IMG/VR virus record: IMGVR_UViG_3300028591_000078
Coordinates: 174,366 to 238,365 of that record
Source of the DNA: a virus
Taxonomy: Duplodnaviria > Caudoviricetes
DNA: 64,000 nt
Direction: 5' to 3' (one strand)
Below the pieces are notes generated by a model that saw nothing but the letters and a program-made list of their open reading frames with translations, did no database searches and was not told the origin of the DNA. Below, piece after piece: positions 1 through 10,894 of this stretch (position 1 is the first letter of the stretch; each line of letters starts with the position of its first letter). The position numbers were made by a program, and so were the translations under genes.

Positions 1-551
1 GTAGTTGCACTACCCTGAGCAACGCCAGGTTCAATAGCATTAGTATGCTTGATCTTATTGGTATTATCCATAGTAATGCCATCGCCCAGAGTTACAGCTT
101 CTACTTCATGTACATGACCATGTGAAGATGTAGACATCTTATACAGATTCATAGGCATAGCAGTATGAATCTGATCAGGGTCATCAGTATGACTATCAGA
201 ATCTCCAGAAGATGATACTAAGATCTTACCAGTAGCATCAGAAGTTACAGTTACATTACCAGCACCAACAATAGGTACTTCAGTAATAGGATTATCAAAT
301 ACAGTTTCTAATCTAAGACCAGCTTCACCATTAGTAGCGTTAGCTTTCTTAGATACAAGGTTATACAGATCCATTGTAGTGAGACGTTCTGCAACAGAAG
401 TATCTACTCCATAGTCTTCCCCATCAGGATCCGGTACTATCTTATAATTGGTAGCATTCAGCGGAGTAATTTCTCCAGCTTCGATTTTTCTCTTCCATTC
501 ACTAATGGTTATAGTAACCCTAGTGGACTCAGAGAGGTTCTCGCCAGCCAT
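1..551 (-). CDS. Tail fibre-like protein, truncated at window edge
   Basis: ATG at 551 with AGGAGG RBS; open frame MAGENLSESTRVTITISEWKRKIEAGEI... runs off the window; N-terminal I..SEW..KI..GEI motif is shared with fibre 30777-31811. Confidence 0.65.
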   Translation of the reverse strand, partial: MAGENLSESTRVTITISEWKRKIEAGEITPLNATNYKIVPDPDGEDYGVDTSVAERLTTMDLYNLVSKKANATNGEAGLRLETVFDNPITEVPIVGAGNVTVTSDATGKILVSSSGDSDSHTDDPDQIHTAMPMNLYKMSTSSHGHVHEVEAVTLGDGITMDNTNKIKHTNAIEPGVAQGSAT

Positions 552-633
552 ATAATATTCCTCCTTAAAATTTTTTATTAATTATATGTGGAAAAGCCAC
601 GGCATGCATTTTGCACGCCGTGGTTTGTATATA

Positions 634-1419
634 TTAAGCCGATTTAAGGTCTTTAAGTAATACCCAGCTATACAGCTCTTTAATGAGCGCTTTTTCTCCA
701 CTAACTTTAGTAATTGTATAAGTAATCTTATCACCCTTATATGCTGTAGGTATTCTAGTAGATATACCAGCATATGTAGTAGCAGTAGATAAAATCTTAA
801 CCCTATCATTAGCTTTGAACTTAGCTTTTGGTGTAACACTAGGTACTGTAGGTACAGTTTTAGGTGTGGTGTCTATGAGACCTCTAACTCCCGCTATGAT
901 CTTATCATAAGGGAATTGTTTTCCAGGACACGCTGCTCTGGTTATAGGATCTATTTCACAATGTCCGATGAAATGATCCCTATCATATTTTGGAGTAACT
1001 CCATGCATCTTCATATTGGGTATAATGACTTCTTTGATCAGCTCAACTGCAGCATGAATCTGAGCATCATTAATATTTCCCCACTGACAATGCACGAACT
1101 CCATTGAGTAGGTGAAATAGTTAGCATTTGTTTTTCTTGCTTTGACAAGCCTACTTGTAGCCAAACCATAGTAAAGTTTCTGACCAGGTGTCGTTCGAGT
1201 GCCGTTGCAGTAAGCGGCATTGTTTGGATTAACAAGCTGATATATAGTGCCGTCTACATCTATTACCCAGTTAGGACTGCACTGTGCATTAGGATTAAGG
1301 TACCATTTTAATGCACCTTCTAAACTGGTAGTGCCAGTCTGATGAAAGACAATTACATCAGCCTTCCATCCATTTCGCCCATTATAGTGATTTGGGCTAT
1401 TGAGATATTTTATTTTCAT
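634..1419 (-). CDS. Endolysin, N-acetylmuramoyl-L-alanine amidase (Amidase_2) with C-terminal SH3-like wall-binding domain
   Basis: VIVFHQT, FIGHCEI and ACPG Zn-amidase motifs; P/T linker; lies downstream of holin-like genes. Confidence 0.9.
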   Translation of the reverse strand: MKIKYLNSPNHYNGRNGWKADVIVFHQTGTTSLEGALKWYLNPNAQCSPNWVIDVDGTIYQLVNPNNAAYCNGTRTTPGQKLYYGLATSRLVKARKTNANYFTYSMEFVHCQWGNINDAQIHAAVELIKEVIIPNMKMHGVTPKYDRDHFIGHCEIDPITRAACPGKQFPYDKIIAGVRGLIDTTPKTVPTVPSVTPKAKFKANDRVKILSTATTYAGISTRIPTAYKGDKITYTITKVSGEKALIKELYSWVLLKDLKSA

Positions 1420-1744
1420 CTTTTTTAGTTCCTCCTTCTAAGTATGCCGCAACCTTGGAGTTACTATCTTTTATAGCATTCATTTGTTTAAGTGCATGGT
1501 TAACCCACATAGAGAATATAAAGAACGGAAAAATAGAGGCGATGACGGGGAACTTTTTGATAAATAAGTCGTATACCATACGAAGCTTAATTTTACCAGT
1601 TCCCCCACCCATCTCTTTTTCCGATACTGTACATGCATAGATTAACCATTGATGTATTTTGGAGCCATTAGTTATAGATAAGTACCCAAGGAGGACAGCT
1701 AATATATATGGCCAGTTCTCCTGAAGAAACTCACCTATAGTCAT
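1397..1744 (-). CDS. Holin-like protein (LL-H-like)
   Basis: Start MTIGEF at 1744 after GGAGG; N-terminal TM; GTGKIKLRMVYD motif; adjacent to endolysin. Confidence 0.7.
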   Translation of the reverse strand: MTIGEFLQENWPYILAVLLGYLSITNGSKIHQWLIYACTVSEKEMGGGTGKIKLRMVYDLFIKKFPVIASIFPFFIFSMWVNHALKQMNAIKDSNSKVAAYLEGGTKKDENKISQ

Positions 1745-2117
1745 AGTCGTCTCCTCCATCATTATTATAAAGATTATTCTGATCAAATTCAGAATTCTCA
1801 TTATTCATTTCATTCTGAAGTTTCTGCTCTTCGAGTTCTATCCCCAGAATTTTTGTAGAAGTATATGCTCTAACACTATTTTGTACTGCATAGCTAACGA
1901 ACGATACACCACTTGTACCCCAGAGGGTTTGAATAATTGCAACAGCAATCTCTGATACAGGATTCTTATCAAAAAATGCAAGTACATAAGATGCTATTGT
2001 AAATATACAAGATATTGCAATCACAGATATGAGCCACTTTTTAGAGAACTCCATCTTGTTCTTGTTAGTCCTGAAATCAGTGTTCGAATCTGCTGGTCTT
2101 TTACTATAATCAGCCAT
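1731..2117 (-). CDS. Two-TM membrane protein, holin-like
   Basis: Start MADYSK at 2117 after AGAGGT; MEFSKKW followed by two hydrophobic segments. Confidence 0.6.
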   Translation of the reverse strand: MADYSKRPADSNTDFRTNKNKMEFSKKWLISVIAISCIFTIASYVLAFFDKNPVSEIAVAIIQTLWGTSGVSFVSYAVQNSVRAYTSTKILGIELEEQKLQNEMNNENSEFDQNNLYNNDGGDDYDYR

Positions 2118-2361
2118 GATCGTGATACCTCTTATCCAGGTCCGAAAACTTTTCCTTGAGGGTTCTAAGTTCAAGATCGTAGAGTTTGTTTTCCTCTTCC
2201 ACCTTGTACATTCTCTCAACAAGATTATTATGCTTGTCAACTTTCTTTTCTAGCTGCTCAATACGATAATTACTTAACTTAGAGCTCACCATAATTCCTA
2301 CAAAGGTCGAAACAAGTGAGCAACTTCCAGCAATCAATGCAGAAATAACTACAGGATCCAT
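2110..2361 (-). CDS. Single-TM lysis-cassette protein (XhlA/holin-like)
   Basis: N-terminal TM, then YRIEQLEKKVDKHNNLVERMY typical of Firmicutes phage lysis modules. Confidence 0.7.
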   Translation of the reverse strand: MDPVVISALIAGSCSLVSTFVGIMVSSKLSNYRIEQLEKKVDKHNNLVERMYKVEEENKLYDLELRTLKEKFSDLDKRYHDHG

Positions 2362-2394
2362 TGGATGTCACCACCTTTAATTATTTTATATGAC

Positions 2395-2520
2395 TTAGGC
2401 TTCTTCCTTAAAGCCTATAAGTCTCTTGTGTTCTTTAACGCGCTTGTTTATATGCGCTACTGAGATCAGAGTCCCTAGAACAGCTCCGAATCCAGAGCAA
2501 ATAGAAATAATAGCCATCAT
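2395..2520 (-). CDS. Small single-TM protein, 41 aa (below ORF-track cutoff)
   Basis: MMAIISICSGFGAVLGTLISVAHINKRVKEHKRLIGFKEEA; AAGGGTGGTG RBS. Confidence 0.55.
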   Translation of the reverse strand: MMAIISICSGFGAVLGTLISVAHINKRVKEHKRLIGFKEEA

Positions 2521-2555
2521 ATTTTCACCACCCTTCGTCATATATTTGATGTATA

Positions 2556-3929
2556 TTACAAATAATACTTCTCAACTGTATCTACTTCAAATACGAAGAG
2601 GTCTCCGTCATTCGTAGTGTAGTCTAACAGTCTGATAGTATTATCATAGACAACGTAATTAATATCATCAAATAGGCGAAGGTTGTTCTGATATACTCTT
2701 AAAGTTGTAATACCAGGCAGATACTGAGGAATATAAAAAGGTATAACTCCTAAGTTAGCATCTACTCTAGTAGCATAAGAATGAGTTGTAATCTTATAAT
2801 CACAATACAGCTTGACATTATAGGCATTCTGCTCAGCAGAATATACAAGACAGATATAATCACCCTTCTTATATAATCCTGTTGCTCTTGTGCCGTTTAC
2901 ATATACAATAGTTTCAGCTAATGTATTAAGTCTTACTACAGCATTGTTATTAAGATTTCTTGTAAGTTTTACATTAATCTCAGTACCATCCTGAAGATTA
3001 ATATCTGGTATGGTAAGTACTATAGTATCACCTGTACCACTAGAAACAGTCTTATAAACCCCACGATAATTAGTAGCTATATCATCTATCTTATCATTGA
3101 GTTTATTATATACACCATTTACTGCAGCTGCTGTAGCAACTGTACTAGCATCATCTATAAGATAACTAGAAGTTGTTGAAGCAAGTCTGTTAGTAGGTAT
3201 AGAATATTTGGTAATATATCCACCCTCTATAACTGTCTGATATCTTTCAGAACCAGATATATTGGTAGAATTGAAAGTAAAATCAAATGTGACTACATCA
3301 TTTACTCTAATATTGCTGGGATCTAAGAATACCAACATTCCATCAGCAGAAATAGTATAGTCAGATTGTCTATTAAGTCTAATACCATTCAGATATACAT
3401 CCATGATATTTCCACCAGCGAAATATTCATCAAATGGGAATGGTATTAATACAGAACTAGTACCATCATAACCAATTTTGGTCAGAGCTACATAGTTTCC
3501 TAAACGATATGTATTTGCTATAAGAGCTTCTACACTCTCACCAGAAGATGTATATACACAACTAGCAAGAGTTCTAGGAGCAAGCTTCATACCAGTGATC
3601 TGATTCTCCATAGTAAAAGGCACCATGGAATAAGATCCATATAAAGCATCTGCTTCTTCATTAGTAAAGATTCTTCTGAAGCCAGTAGCTTCATATACAT
3701 AGAATCTCTGAACTGGTTCAAGATAATAAACCTTTCCCAATACACGATCAGTTATATAATCGGGTACTAACTGAGCTTCTATTGAAAAGTTTACTTCTAT
3801 ACGTACACCATCAGCAATATCATAGAATGCTCTGGTGCTATCTGTACATGCTATATACTGACCAGGAACTATATTAGTTTCTGGTACAAGTCGCAAAAGA
3901 GTTTTGACAAGCGATAACTCAGACGCCAT
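2556..3929 (-). CDS. Tail/baseplate-associated structural protein
   Basis: Start MASELSL after AGGAGG; IPFPFDEYF...VYLNG beta-rich repeats; paralogous to 4038-4868. Confidence 0.6.
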   Translation of the reverse strand: MASELSLVKTLLRLVPETNIVPGQYIACTDSTRAFYDIADGVRIEVNFSIEAQLVPDYITDRVLGKVYYLEPVQRFYVYEATGFRRIFTNEEADALYGSYSMVPFTMENQITGMKLAPRTLASCVYTSSGESVEALIANTYRLGNYVALTKIGYDGTSSVLIPFPFDEYFAGGNIMDVYLNGIRLNRQSDYTISADGMLVFLDPSNIRVNDVVTFDFTFNSTNISGSERYQTVIEGGYITKYSIPTNRLASTTSSYLIDDASTVATAAAVNGVYNKLNDKIDDIATNYRGVYKTVSSGTGDTIVLTIPDINLQDGTEINVKLTRNLNNNAVVRLNTLAETIVYVNGTRATGLYKKGDYICLVYSAEQNAYNVKLYCDYKITTHSYATRVDANLGVIPFYIPQYLPGITTLRVYQNNLRLFDDINYVVYDNTIRLLDYTTNDGDLFVFEVDTVEKYYL

Positions 3930-4037
3930 TGTTATTCCTCCTCTACATAATTCAAAGATATTAATATAATGTTTTCCCAAATCAAGCCAGTTGACGTTAG
4001 ATAAGAAATCTGGATGGCATTATAGCCATCCAGACTT

Positions 4038-4868
4038 TTATTCTGTACCGCTTTCAGAGTCATTAGACTCTTCAGTAGAATCAGATTTTGTAAGATCAAC
4101 AACGTTCTGAGCAATACTCTTATGAGTAGAAACTTCATCCATAAGAACCATTACTGCCTGCTGAATTGTCATACCGTTCGCTAAGTAAACATTCGATGCA
4201 GGTAATGTAACAGAGTCAGGATTATATGCTGATCCAGAGTAATCATTATACCAGAATATAAAACGAACTACTTCATTTGTATTCAGAGCTAAACTCTGAT
4301 CTACAGTAAGTGTGTCACCGCTTATACTATAAAGAGTCTCATCAATTAACTTGGAATCAATAAGAACTTCTACATAGTTTCCAGCAGCAAGGTAGTTCTG
4401 AAAAGGGAAAGGAATTGTAAACTGGGTCTGACCATCACTAGTAGCAACAGTTCTACCAGTTCTTCTTCCAATCTTTGAGATACCTGCTAATTTATCTTCT
4501 ACTGTATGTCCATCAGCTGTATATACACTAGAAGCTTTAGTGTGCAGAGGAACCCACTCGTCGTCTAAATACAACCAGCCAGTACCAGTATCTCTAGTTA
4601 TATATAGCTTATCATTCAGTGGTGATATAAGATCTGTGCGATCCTCCTCACTGTCTACAAAAATAACGTCCGAAACTTTGTTTCGGACGCCATTCTTTGT
4701 ATCGACATAGTAATCTTTGGTATCCGCACAGAAAATCCATTGTCCTGGAGTTATATCCACATCATTGAGAGCACTCTTGTTACACTGAACAAAGTGCGTA
4801 ACTACGGGAGCATTAGCTTTGGCAGTCTTTATACTCCGCATAAATTCTTCCAATGGACTCATATGCAA
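4038..4868 (-). CDS. Tail/baseplate-associated structural protein
   Basis: PGQWIFCADT, KASSVYTADG and IPFPFQNY segments shared with 2556-3929. Confidence 0.6.
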   Translation of the reverse strand: MHMSPLEEFMRSIKTAKANAPVVTHFVQCNKSALNDVDITPGQWIFCADTKDYYVDTKNGVRNKVSDVIFVDSEEDRTDLISPLNDKLYITRDTGTGWLYLDDEWVPLHTKASSVYTADGHTVEDKLAGISKIGRRTGRTVATSDGQTQFTIPFPFQNYLAAGNYVEVLIDSKLIDETLYSISGDTLTVDQSLALNTNEVVRFIFWYNDYSGSAYNPDSVTLPASNVYLANGMTIQQAVMVLMDEVSTHKSIAQNVVDLTKSDSTEESNDSESGTE

Positions 4869-4892
4869 GAACCTCCAGATTTAAAGATTAGG

Positions 4893-6182
4893 TCAATCTT
4901 CTACGATCTCCCATGACAGGAGGTCTACAACAGCTGCTGCAGAAGCAACCTGCGTATCTGTAGGTGTGCCTGTTGTGAGATCTGTATTGATAGAAGTCTT
5001 GGCTACATACTTGTCATCAGCAGCTGTAGCAACACCATCAGCATATGCCTTAACAGCAGCCTCTGTAGCAAGGGTATTAGCAGTAGGTGTAGCAGCGATT
5101 GTAGCTCCGCCTATTGTCTTACCAGAATCAGCAAGACCACCATCAGCACCTACAGTAGCGATATCGCCAGCTGTGAATGTTGTAAGTCTTGCAGCCTTGG
5201 TATCAGCATAAGCCTGAACAGCAGCCTCTGTAGCAAGAGTATTAGCATCAGTTGTAGCAGCAAGTGTAGCGCCACCAACAGCCTTGCCAGAATCCTGGAT
5301 GTTGCCACCAGCAACGAAAGTAGCAATGTTACCAGCAACAGCAGCTGTAACCTTGTCTACCTTACCAGAAATGTCTACATAGAGACCTTCCTCACCCTCA
5401 TTTGAGAGAGTCTGGATAGCATTACCAGTCTTAGCGGAGATACGTACATTAACCTGAATCTGAGTCTGACCGCTAACGTCTGTAACTGTTGTAACAGCTG
5501 TAGCAGTTGTCGAACCATAGTAGATATCGATAAGAGCAGATACAGGAATAGATACTGTAGTACCATTCTGCATTTCAAGTACGAGGTTCTGAGTAGCAGA
5601 ATCATAGTGACCATCCTTAACGAAGTTGTCAAGCGGAATGTTAACTGTCTTCAGTACATTACCCTTAACGTCCTTAAGAGAGATCACACCTGTAGAACCA
5701 TCATAAGCGATGTCTGTAGCGATCTTGTCAAGCTCAACCTGGAATGCTACCGTCTGGGCATCATCCTTGTATACCTTGAGCTTTCTAGCCTCGTTATCCC
5801 ACTCTACGTTTGTTACATAGTCAGAGAAGTCGATGCCACCAACAGCATTATCGATAGCAGTATATACTGCACCAGATGTTACGAGGTTTGTAGAATTCTC
5901 TGTAACAGTAGTATCGATAGCAGGGATTACAACTCTCCATGCGGAGCCTGTCCAGGTCTTAGCTTCAGAAGTAGAAGCCTTGATGTAGATAACACCCTGA
6001 GCCTGGTTAGTTGCAGGGAAGTCTTCAACTACACGAACTGCTTCAGTGTAGTCCTGTGCACCACGATAGATCTTACCTGTGTTCTTGATGAAGTAAAGCG
6101 TCATCGGGTCCTTAGTCTCAAGACCAGCATACTTAGCCGCCGAGATATAGACCATCTTTAAAAGCTTAGATACATCAGCCAT
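4893..6182 (-). CDS. Tail fibre/collar-like virion protein
   Basis: Start MADVSK; Ala/Thr-rich; two repeats of GxIAT..DSGK..GGAT.A....ANTLATEAAV. Confidence 0.6.
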   Translation of the reverse strand: MADVSKLLKMVYISAAKYAGLETKDPMTLYFIKNTGKIYRGAQDYTEAVRVVEDFPATNQAQGVIYIKASTSEAKTWTGSAWRVVIPAIDTTVTENSTNLVTSGAVYTAIDNAVGGIDFSDYVTNVEWDNEARKLKVYKDDAQTVAFQVELDKIATDIAYDGSTGVISLKDVKGNVLKTVNIPLDNFVKDGHYDSATQNLVLEMQNGTTVSIPVSALIDIYYGSTTATAVTTVTDVSGQTQIQVNVRISAKTGNAIQTLSNEGEEGLYVDISGKVDKVTAAVAGNIATFVAGGNIQDSGKAVGGATLAATTDANTLATEAAVQAYADTKAARLTTFTAGDIATVGADGGLADSGKTIGGATIAATPTANTLATEAAVKAYADGVATAADDKYVAKTSINTDLTTGTPTDTQVASAAAVVDLLSWEIVED

Positions 6183-6227
6183 AATATTTTTCATCCTTTC
6201 TGTAAAATTGGTTTAAAATTTATTATC

Positions 6228-7133
6228 TCAAGACTCACTGGAATCAAGGGAATCCTCAGGGGTGAGCCAAGAAATCAAAGTATTAACCTCGTCTTTAGTA
6301 TATACCTTAGGAGATATAGCATCAACGAGGGCATTGGTATAAGAATCCTGATTATACTTAGTTTTCTTAACCAACCAGGACTGACCATAATTATATGTTT
6401 CGAATTCAAATACATAAGTGCTACCAGAATCAACACTAGCATCACTCTTGTATTCAAATACTACGTTAGGCTGGAACTCTAATACTAAAGGATATGCACT
6501 AGTATCAAGTCTCCATTTAAAAGCAAAATACTGGCTACCACATACAGGGGGATATACCTGAACAGTCATGCTACTAGCAAGACCAGAGGTTCTCTGTATC
6601 TGTTTTCCAAGTAACTGTAATATTCCCATATCTGGAGAAACATCATAAACAACTAGATCTTCTCCACCACCGCCTCCTCCACCAGAAGAGTAGGTTTTCC
6701 ATGTAATAGTATCTCCAAGCTTTACAGGAACTGTATTGTCTGCAGCATTAGAGAATCCTACTAACTGAATCTTCTTATCCTTGTTAGTTATAGACATAAA
6801 GTCTACATTATAACCAGTAACAAGTTCACCAGGTTCAGTTCCTAAATCTGTTATATTTATAAGGCTATGCATTATATGCTCTAATGCATCACCAATAAGA
6901 ATAGTACCAAGATCTTGAACAAATACAGTACATTTGTCTATTGACATTCCTTCTTTTGTAATTGCTTCTTTGATCTTGGAAGTAATATCATAAACATTTT
7001 CGCCGTTCTTTATATAGATACGACCATTGTTATAATCGCACAATAATTCTCGTTCTTTTGCCAGCTGAATTCGCTCATAAGGTAATGGCGAGACCGCTAT
7101 TCTGACATTAGAATTCGTAACATCATTGTTCAC
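6228..7133 (-). CDS. Tail-associated structural protein
   Basis: GTG start after AGGAGG; poly-Gly linker; C-terminal YVFEFETYNYGQSW; late promoter upstream. Confidence 0.5.
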   Translation of the reverse strand: MNNDVTNSNVRIAVSPLPYERIQLAKERELLCDYNNGRIYIKNGENVYDITSKIKEAITKEGMSIDKCTVFVQDLGTILIGDALEHIMHSLINITDLGTEPGELVTGYNVDFMSITNKDKKIQLVGFSNAADNTVPVKLGDTITWKTYSSGGGGGGGEDLVVYDVSPDMGILQLLGKQIQRTSGLASSMTVQVYPPVCGSQYFAFKWRLDTSAYPLVLEFQPNVVFEYKSDASVDSGSTYVFEFETYNYGQSWLVKKTKYNQDSYTNALVDAISPKVYTKDEVNTLISWLTPEDSLDSSES

Positions 7134-7219
7134 GAAACATCCTCCTTCCAATAGAGTAAGTTCATTATATTAATGTTGCAAGACTGAACCGATGGGTTTT
7201 ACACCCATCGGTAAGCCTT

Positions 7220-10200
7220 TTAGTTATTCATCAAACCATTATCATCAGGAATATTAGCTCTTCTATCATTGTCAAGAACTGTAGAGATATATACTCCATC
7301 CTTATCAAAGTAATCCTTATCTTCATACTTATACAAGAACGGATCTGCATCTACAGACTCCTGATCCATATAGAAGTCAAGAATAACTCCATTATAGATC
7401 ATTTCAGGTTCAATGTCATAGATCATCTCTTCTTCTGTATCACTAATACCATTATAAGTACCATGCATAGCATTGATATGATCTAAGTCTGCTCCTAAAG
7501 TACTGATCATGAAGAGATCATGCTCAGATTTATACTGACTAACATCAATCGGCCAGTCTTCAGGATTAGCAATTCTTACTACATTAAGATTCTGGAGAGA
7601 CTGTACATCTTTGGTTACTTTCATAAGAGAAGAAGATATTCTCATCAGATCACTCTGAAGAACCTTCTTACCATTAATCCATACCAATACAGTCTGAGGA
7701 GATATTCCTATAGGAGCTTCATGTCTTCTGATACGAATATATCCATTACCGAATACTCCTAAATCATTTCCTCTATATCTGAAATAGAATACTATTACAT
7801 AGGGGAGTATGTTAAACATACTACTCAGCTTAAATCTAAGCGAGAGTCTAAGGTTAGAAGGCTTTCTAAAGGACTCTTCTACCATTCTATGGAATAGATC
7901 TATAATATACTTAGGTTCTTCACCGAACCATTCATCTACAGAATCATGAAGCTGCTTCTTTATAAGAGGAGATCTCTCATAAAGTACAACGTCATCAAGT
8001 TCAGCATTATATCTAGATCTAGTAATCTGATAAATATGCTCGATCCAGTCATCAATTCTGTTATTGACAGCTATATATATAAACATCTCTGGCAGATGTT
8101 CTCTAAGAGACCACTCTGTAAGATTAGGTTCCATATAAGCATCATCTACCATCTTATGAAGTATATCAAGTATTCTTGTAGGTTGGCCTTCAAAGTCCTC
8201 TTCTACCCACTGATGAGCCTTTTCTATAAGACCAGGATCAGTTGTATAGTAGATCTTATCAATACCACGCTCAGAATCATCCCAACGCTCAAATACTTGC
8301 TCTTCATATACAAAGTATCTATCAACCCTACCGATAAACATATTAAGTTTATCTATAAGATCTCTATATACTACTTGGTCTTCCATAGGATCCAGGAACA
8401 TTTCAGGCAATCCTTTTCTCAAAGACCATTCGATCTGAGAAGGAGTCTCAAATGCATTATCTACCATCTTATGGAAGAGTGTTAATATAGAATCAGATTC
8501 GTATTCAAAGCACTCATTTACTAAAGCATGAGCTCTAGCCAGTACTTCAGGATCTGTTGTATAGTAAATATCATCTACTCCAAGCTCTGTATCATCCCAA
8601 GACTTATATGCACAGTGCTCGAAGTCCATGATTTCATCGATAGCTTCCATAAATATAGGAAGTTTATCTGATACTCTTATATAATCAAACTGGTCTGCAA
8701 GATTCTTTCTAAGAGCCCACTCTATTAAAGCAGGACCATTGTAAGCATCATCAACCATTCTATGGAATAGTCTAAGTATACCAGCTCTTTCATTACCGAA
8801 GAACTCATTTACGAGATTATGAGCACTCTCTATTACATCTATATCATCAGTATAATAGAACTCATCTGCTGCTACAATCTCATTAGAGTCTATATTTCTG
8901 AATGCATCTGTTGTAGCACTCATCATATTCTTTATTCTAGACATAAACTCATCAAACTTGAACTGGAATGCAAGCTCGATTCTAGAATATCCAAGGAAAG
9001 TAACGGTTTTATTTGTGTAGTCTACTTCCATATTCTTGATCGGAGCACCATATTCATTAGTTATATCAACAGAGTTCTTGTCTTTAAAAAAGTCATCATA
9101 GGGCACAGGTATCTTATACTGCATTACATTAGGATATGTATATACTCTTCTTACAAGGTTGTATGTAGGTTTGAGCATATCCATCTTAATGCCTTCAGGC
9201 AGATAGAATACATCTACATAATCCCCAGCTTCATATTCAAGCTCAAGATATATAGTAGTACCATGTACAGGAGAATCAGGTGTAGGTCTTACTATGCCAA
9301 AGCCAGGATTCATTTTCCTACCATTTACAAATACCATATAATTAGCATGCTCATAGTAATACTTAAAAGTACCACCAAGATAGATTCTATTACTGGTATT
9401 GCTCATGGTATATCTAGCATATTCGAAGTGATTCTTAGTTACAATGGTTACAGTCTTACCATGGTAATATTCATCCTCAACTTTAAGCTTATCACCTTCT
9501 ACTGTAAAGGGTATTGAATAGTATGCATATCCAGAATCCTTAACAGTATATCTATTATTATCATGATCATCTGAGAGTATGGTGATATTAGCAGCAGGTA
9601 AAGTAGACTCTACATAAGGTATATATCCATTCTCATCAATCGGAATATTCTCAAGAACTGTATTCAAGATATTCTTATAGAATATAAACTCGAATACATC
9701 ATCATCTTCAATGAATTGAGGATATGCCTTAAAGTAGAACTGATGAAGTTTATATCTTACTGTATCAGATCTATTATAAAGAAGACCATTCTTGAAGATC
9801 ATTACACTATTATCCATAGGTCTAGCAGTATATCTAACCATATGTACATAGTGCTGATCATCAATCATATCTTTAATCTCTTTACCAGACTTTACTACTA
9901 TATCAGCAATAGTCTCAGGATCCTGCTCTAAGAGCTGGGAATTATATCTAGAGATATAATCAGTAGACTCTACCATATTAGTATAGTCAGACTTCTCAGG
10001 ATCTCTATCAAAGTCAAACTCTTTGTTGAATACTTCAGGAAGTCTTCTAGCCTTATTGAGCTCTTTAGTAGCATAGTCCTGAAGATATTCTGTATTATCT
10101 CCAAGATGATATACATTATCATGCTTCCATTCTACACAATTAGCATAGAATATCTTGTAAGTAGCTACATACTGTATAACTCCAAAGCCCATAGTAATGA

Positions 10201-10894
10201 TATTCAGAGGATTTACATGGAGAGTATAATCATGATAGAGTAATCCATCTTTGAATATGAGGAAGTTTTCAGGCTTAAGCTTATGCTCAATCGGAACAGG
10301 CATAGTCTGATTAATAAGATCTTCATTAGTATCTACAGAGAGAAACTGTATATCGCTATACGGATTCATATATACTACGATATCACCAGAGATATCAAGG
10401 TTTCCAAGCTCATTGAATCTAAATATCTCTACATACTTAGAGTCAACTGTCTCATTAGTCTCTGTATACTTTACATTGAAAGGTAACTGGAGTATATCAG
10501 GATAATATACTACATCTCTGATGTAATCTCTACCAGTTATACACATAAAAGTAGCTCTTCCATCAAACTTGATCTTGATGTCAGACCACTTTACCATTCT
10601 ACCATTCAGCCATAAGATAAAAGGCTGAATAACTTTAAGCCTGACGAGGGTAGGAACACTACCCTCGACAGGTCTATTCATATACTTAGGAGTGAGTAAG
10701 AATCTGATTCTATCAGTCTCGAAGACAAGTTCATGGAACTTATTCTTCATTCTCTTACCATTGAAATGATAATCGAATACTCTAGTTATATTCTCAGTAG
10801 AGAAATAGGGGATAGAACCATCCTGAACATCTCTATTTCTAGAGGCAGTCTCTGATTCCAACCATCCTATTCTCTGACTAGGATTTAAACTCAT
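7220..10894 (-). CDS. Large virion structural protein (baseplate-like) with four internal helical repeats
   Basis: 1224 aa; repeated VFxNG beta motifs; four ~60-aa repeats; late operon. Confidence 0.6.
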   Translation of the reverse strand: MSLNPSQRIGWLESETASRNRDVQDGSIPYFSTENITRVFDYHFNGKRMKNKFHELVFETDRIRFLLTPKYMNRPVEGSVPTLVRLKVIQPFILWLNGRMVKWSDIKIKFDGRATFMCITGRDYIRDVVYYPDILQLPFNVKYTETNETVDSKYVEIFRFNELGNLDISGDIVVYMNPYSDIQFLSVDTNEDLINQTMPVPIEHKLKPENFLIFKDGLLYHDYTLHVNPLNIITMGFGVIQYVATYKIFYANCVEWKHDNVYHLGDNTEYLQDYATKELNKARRLPEVFNKEFDFDRDPEKSDYTNMVESTDYISRYNSQLLEQDPETIADIVVKSGKEIKDMIDDQHYVHMVRYTARPMDNSVMIFKNGLLYNRSDTVRYKLHQFYFKAYPQFIEDDDVFEFIFYKNILNTVLENIPIDENGYIPYVESTLPAANITILSDDHDNNRYTVKDSGYAYYSIPFTVEGDKLKVEDEYYHGKTVTIVTKNHFEYARYTMSNTSNRIYLGGTFKYYYEHANYMVFVNGRKMNPGFGIVRPTPDSPVHGTTIYLELEYEAGDYVDVFYLPEGIKMDMLKPTYNLVRRVYTYPNVMQYKIPVPYDDFFKDKNSVDITNEYGAPIKNMEVDYTNKTVTFLGYSRIELAFQFKFDEFMSRIKNMMSATTDAFRNIDSNEIVAADEFYYTDDIDVIESAHNLVNEFFGNERAGILRLFHRMVDDAYNGPALIEWALRKNLADQFDYIRVSDKLPIFMEAIDEIMDFEHCAYKSWDDTELGVDDIYYTTDPEVLARAHALVNECFEYESDSILTLFHKMVDNAFETPSQIEWSLRKGLPEMFLDPMEDQVVYRDLIDKLNMFIGRVDRYFVYEEQVFERWDDSERGIDKIYYTTDPGLIEKAHQWVEEDFEGQPTRILDILHKMVDDAYMEPNLTEWSLREHLPEMFIYIAVNNRIDDWIEHIYQITRSRYNAELDDVVLYERSPLIKKQLHDSVDEWFGEEPKYIIDLFHRMVEESFRKPSNLRLSLRFKLSSMFNILPYVIVFYFRYRGNDLGVFGNGYIRIRRHEAPIGISPQTVLVWINGKKVLQSDLMRISSSLMKVTKDVQSLQNLNVVRIANPEDWPIDVSQYKSEHDLFMISTLGADLDHINAMHGTYNGISDTEEEMIYDIEPEMIYNGVILDFYMDQESVDADPFLYKYEDKDYFDKDGVYISTVLDNDRRANIPDDNGLMNN

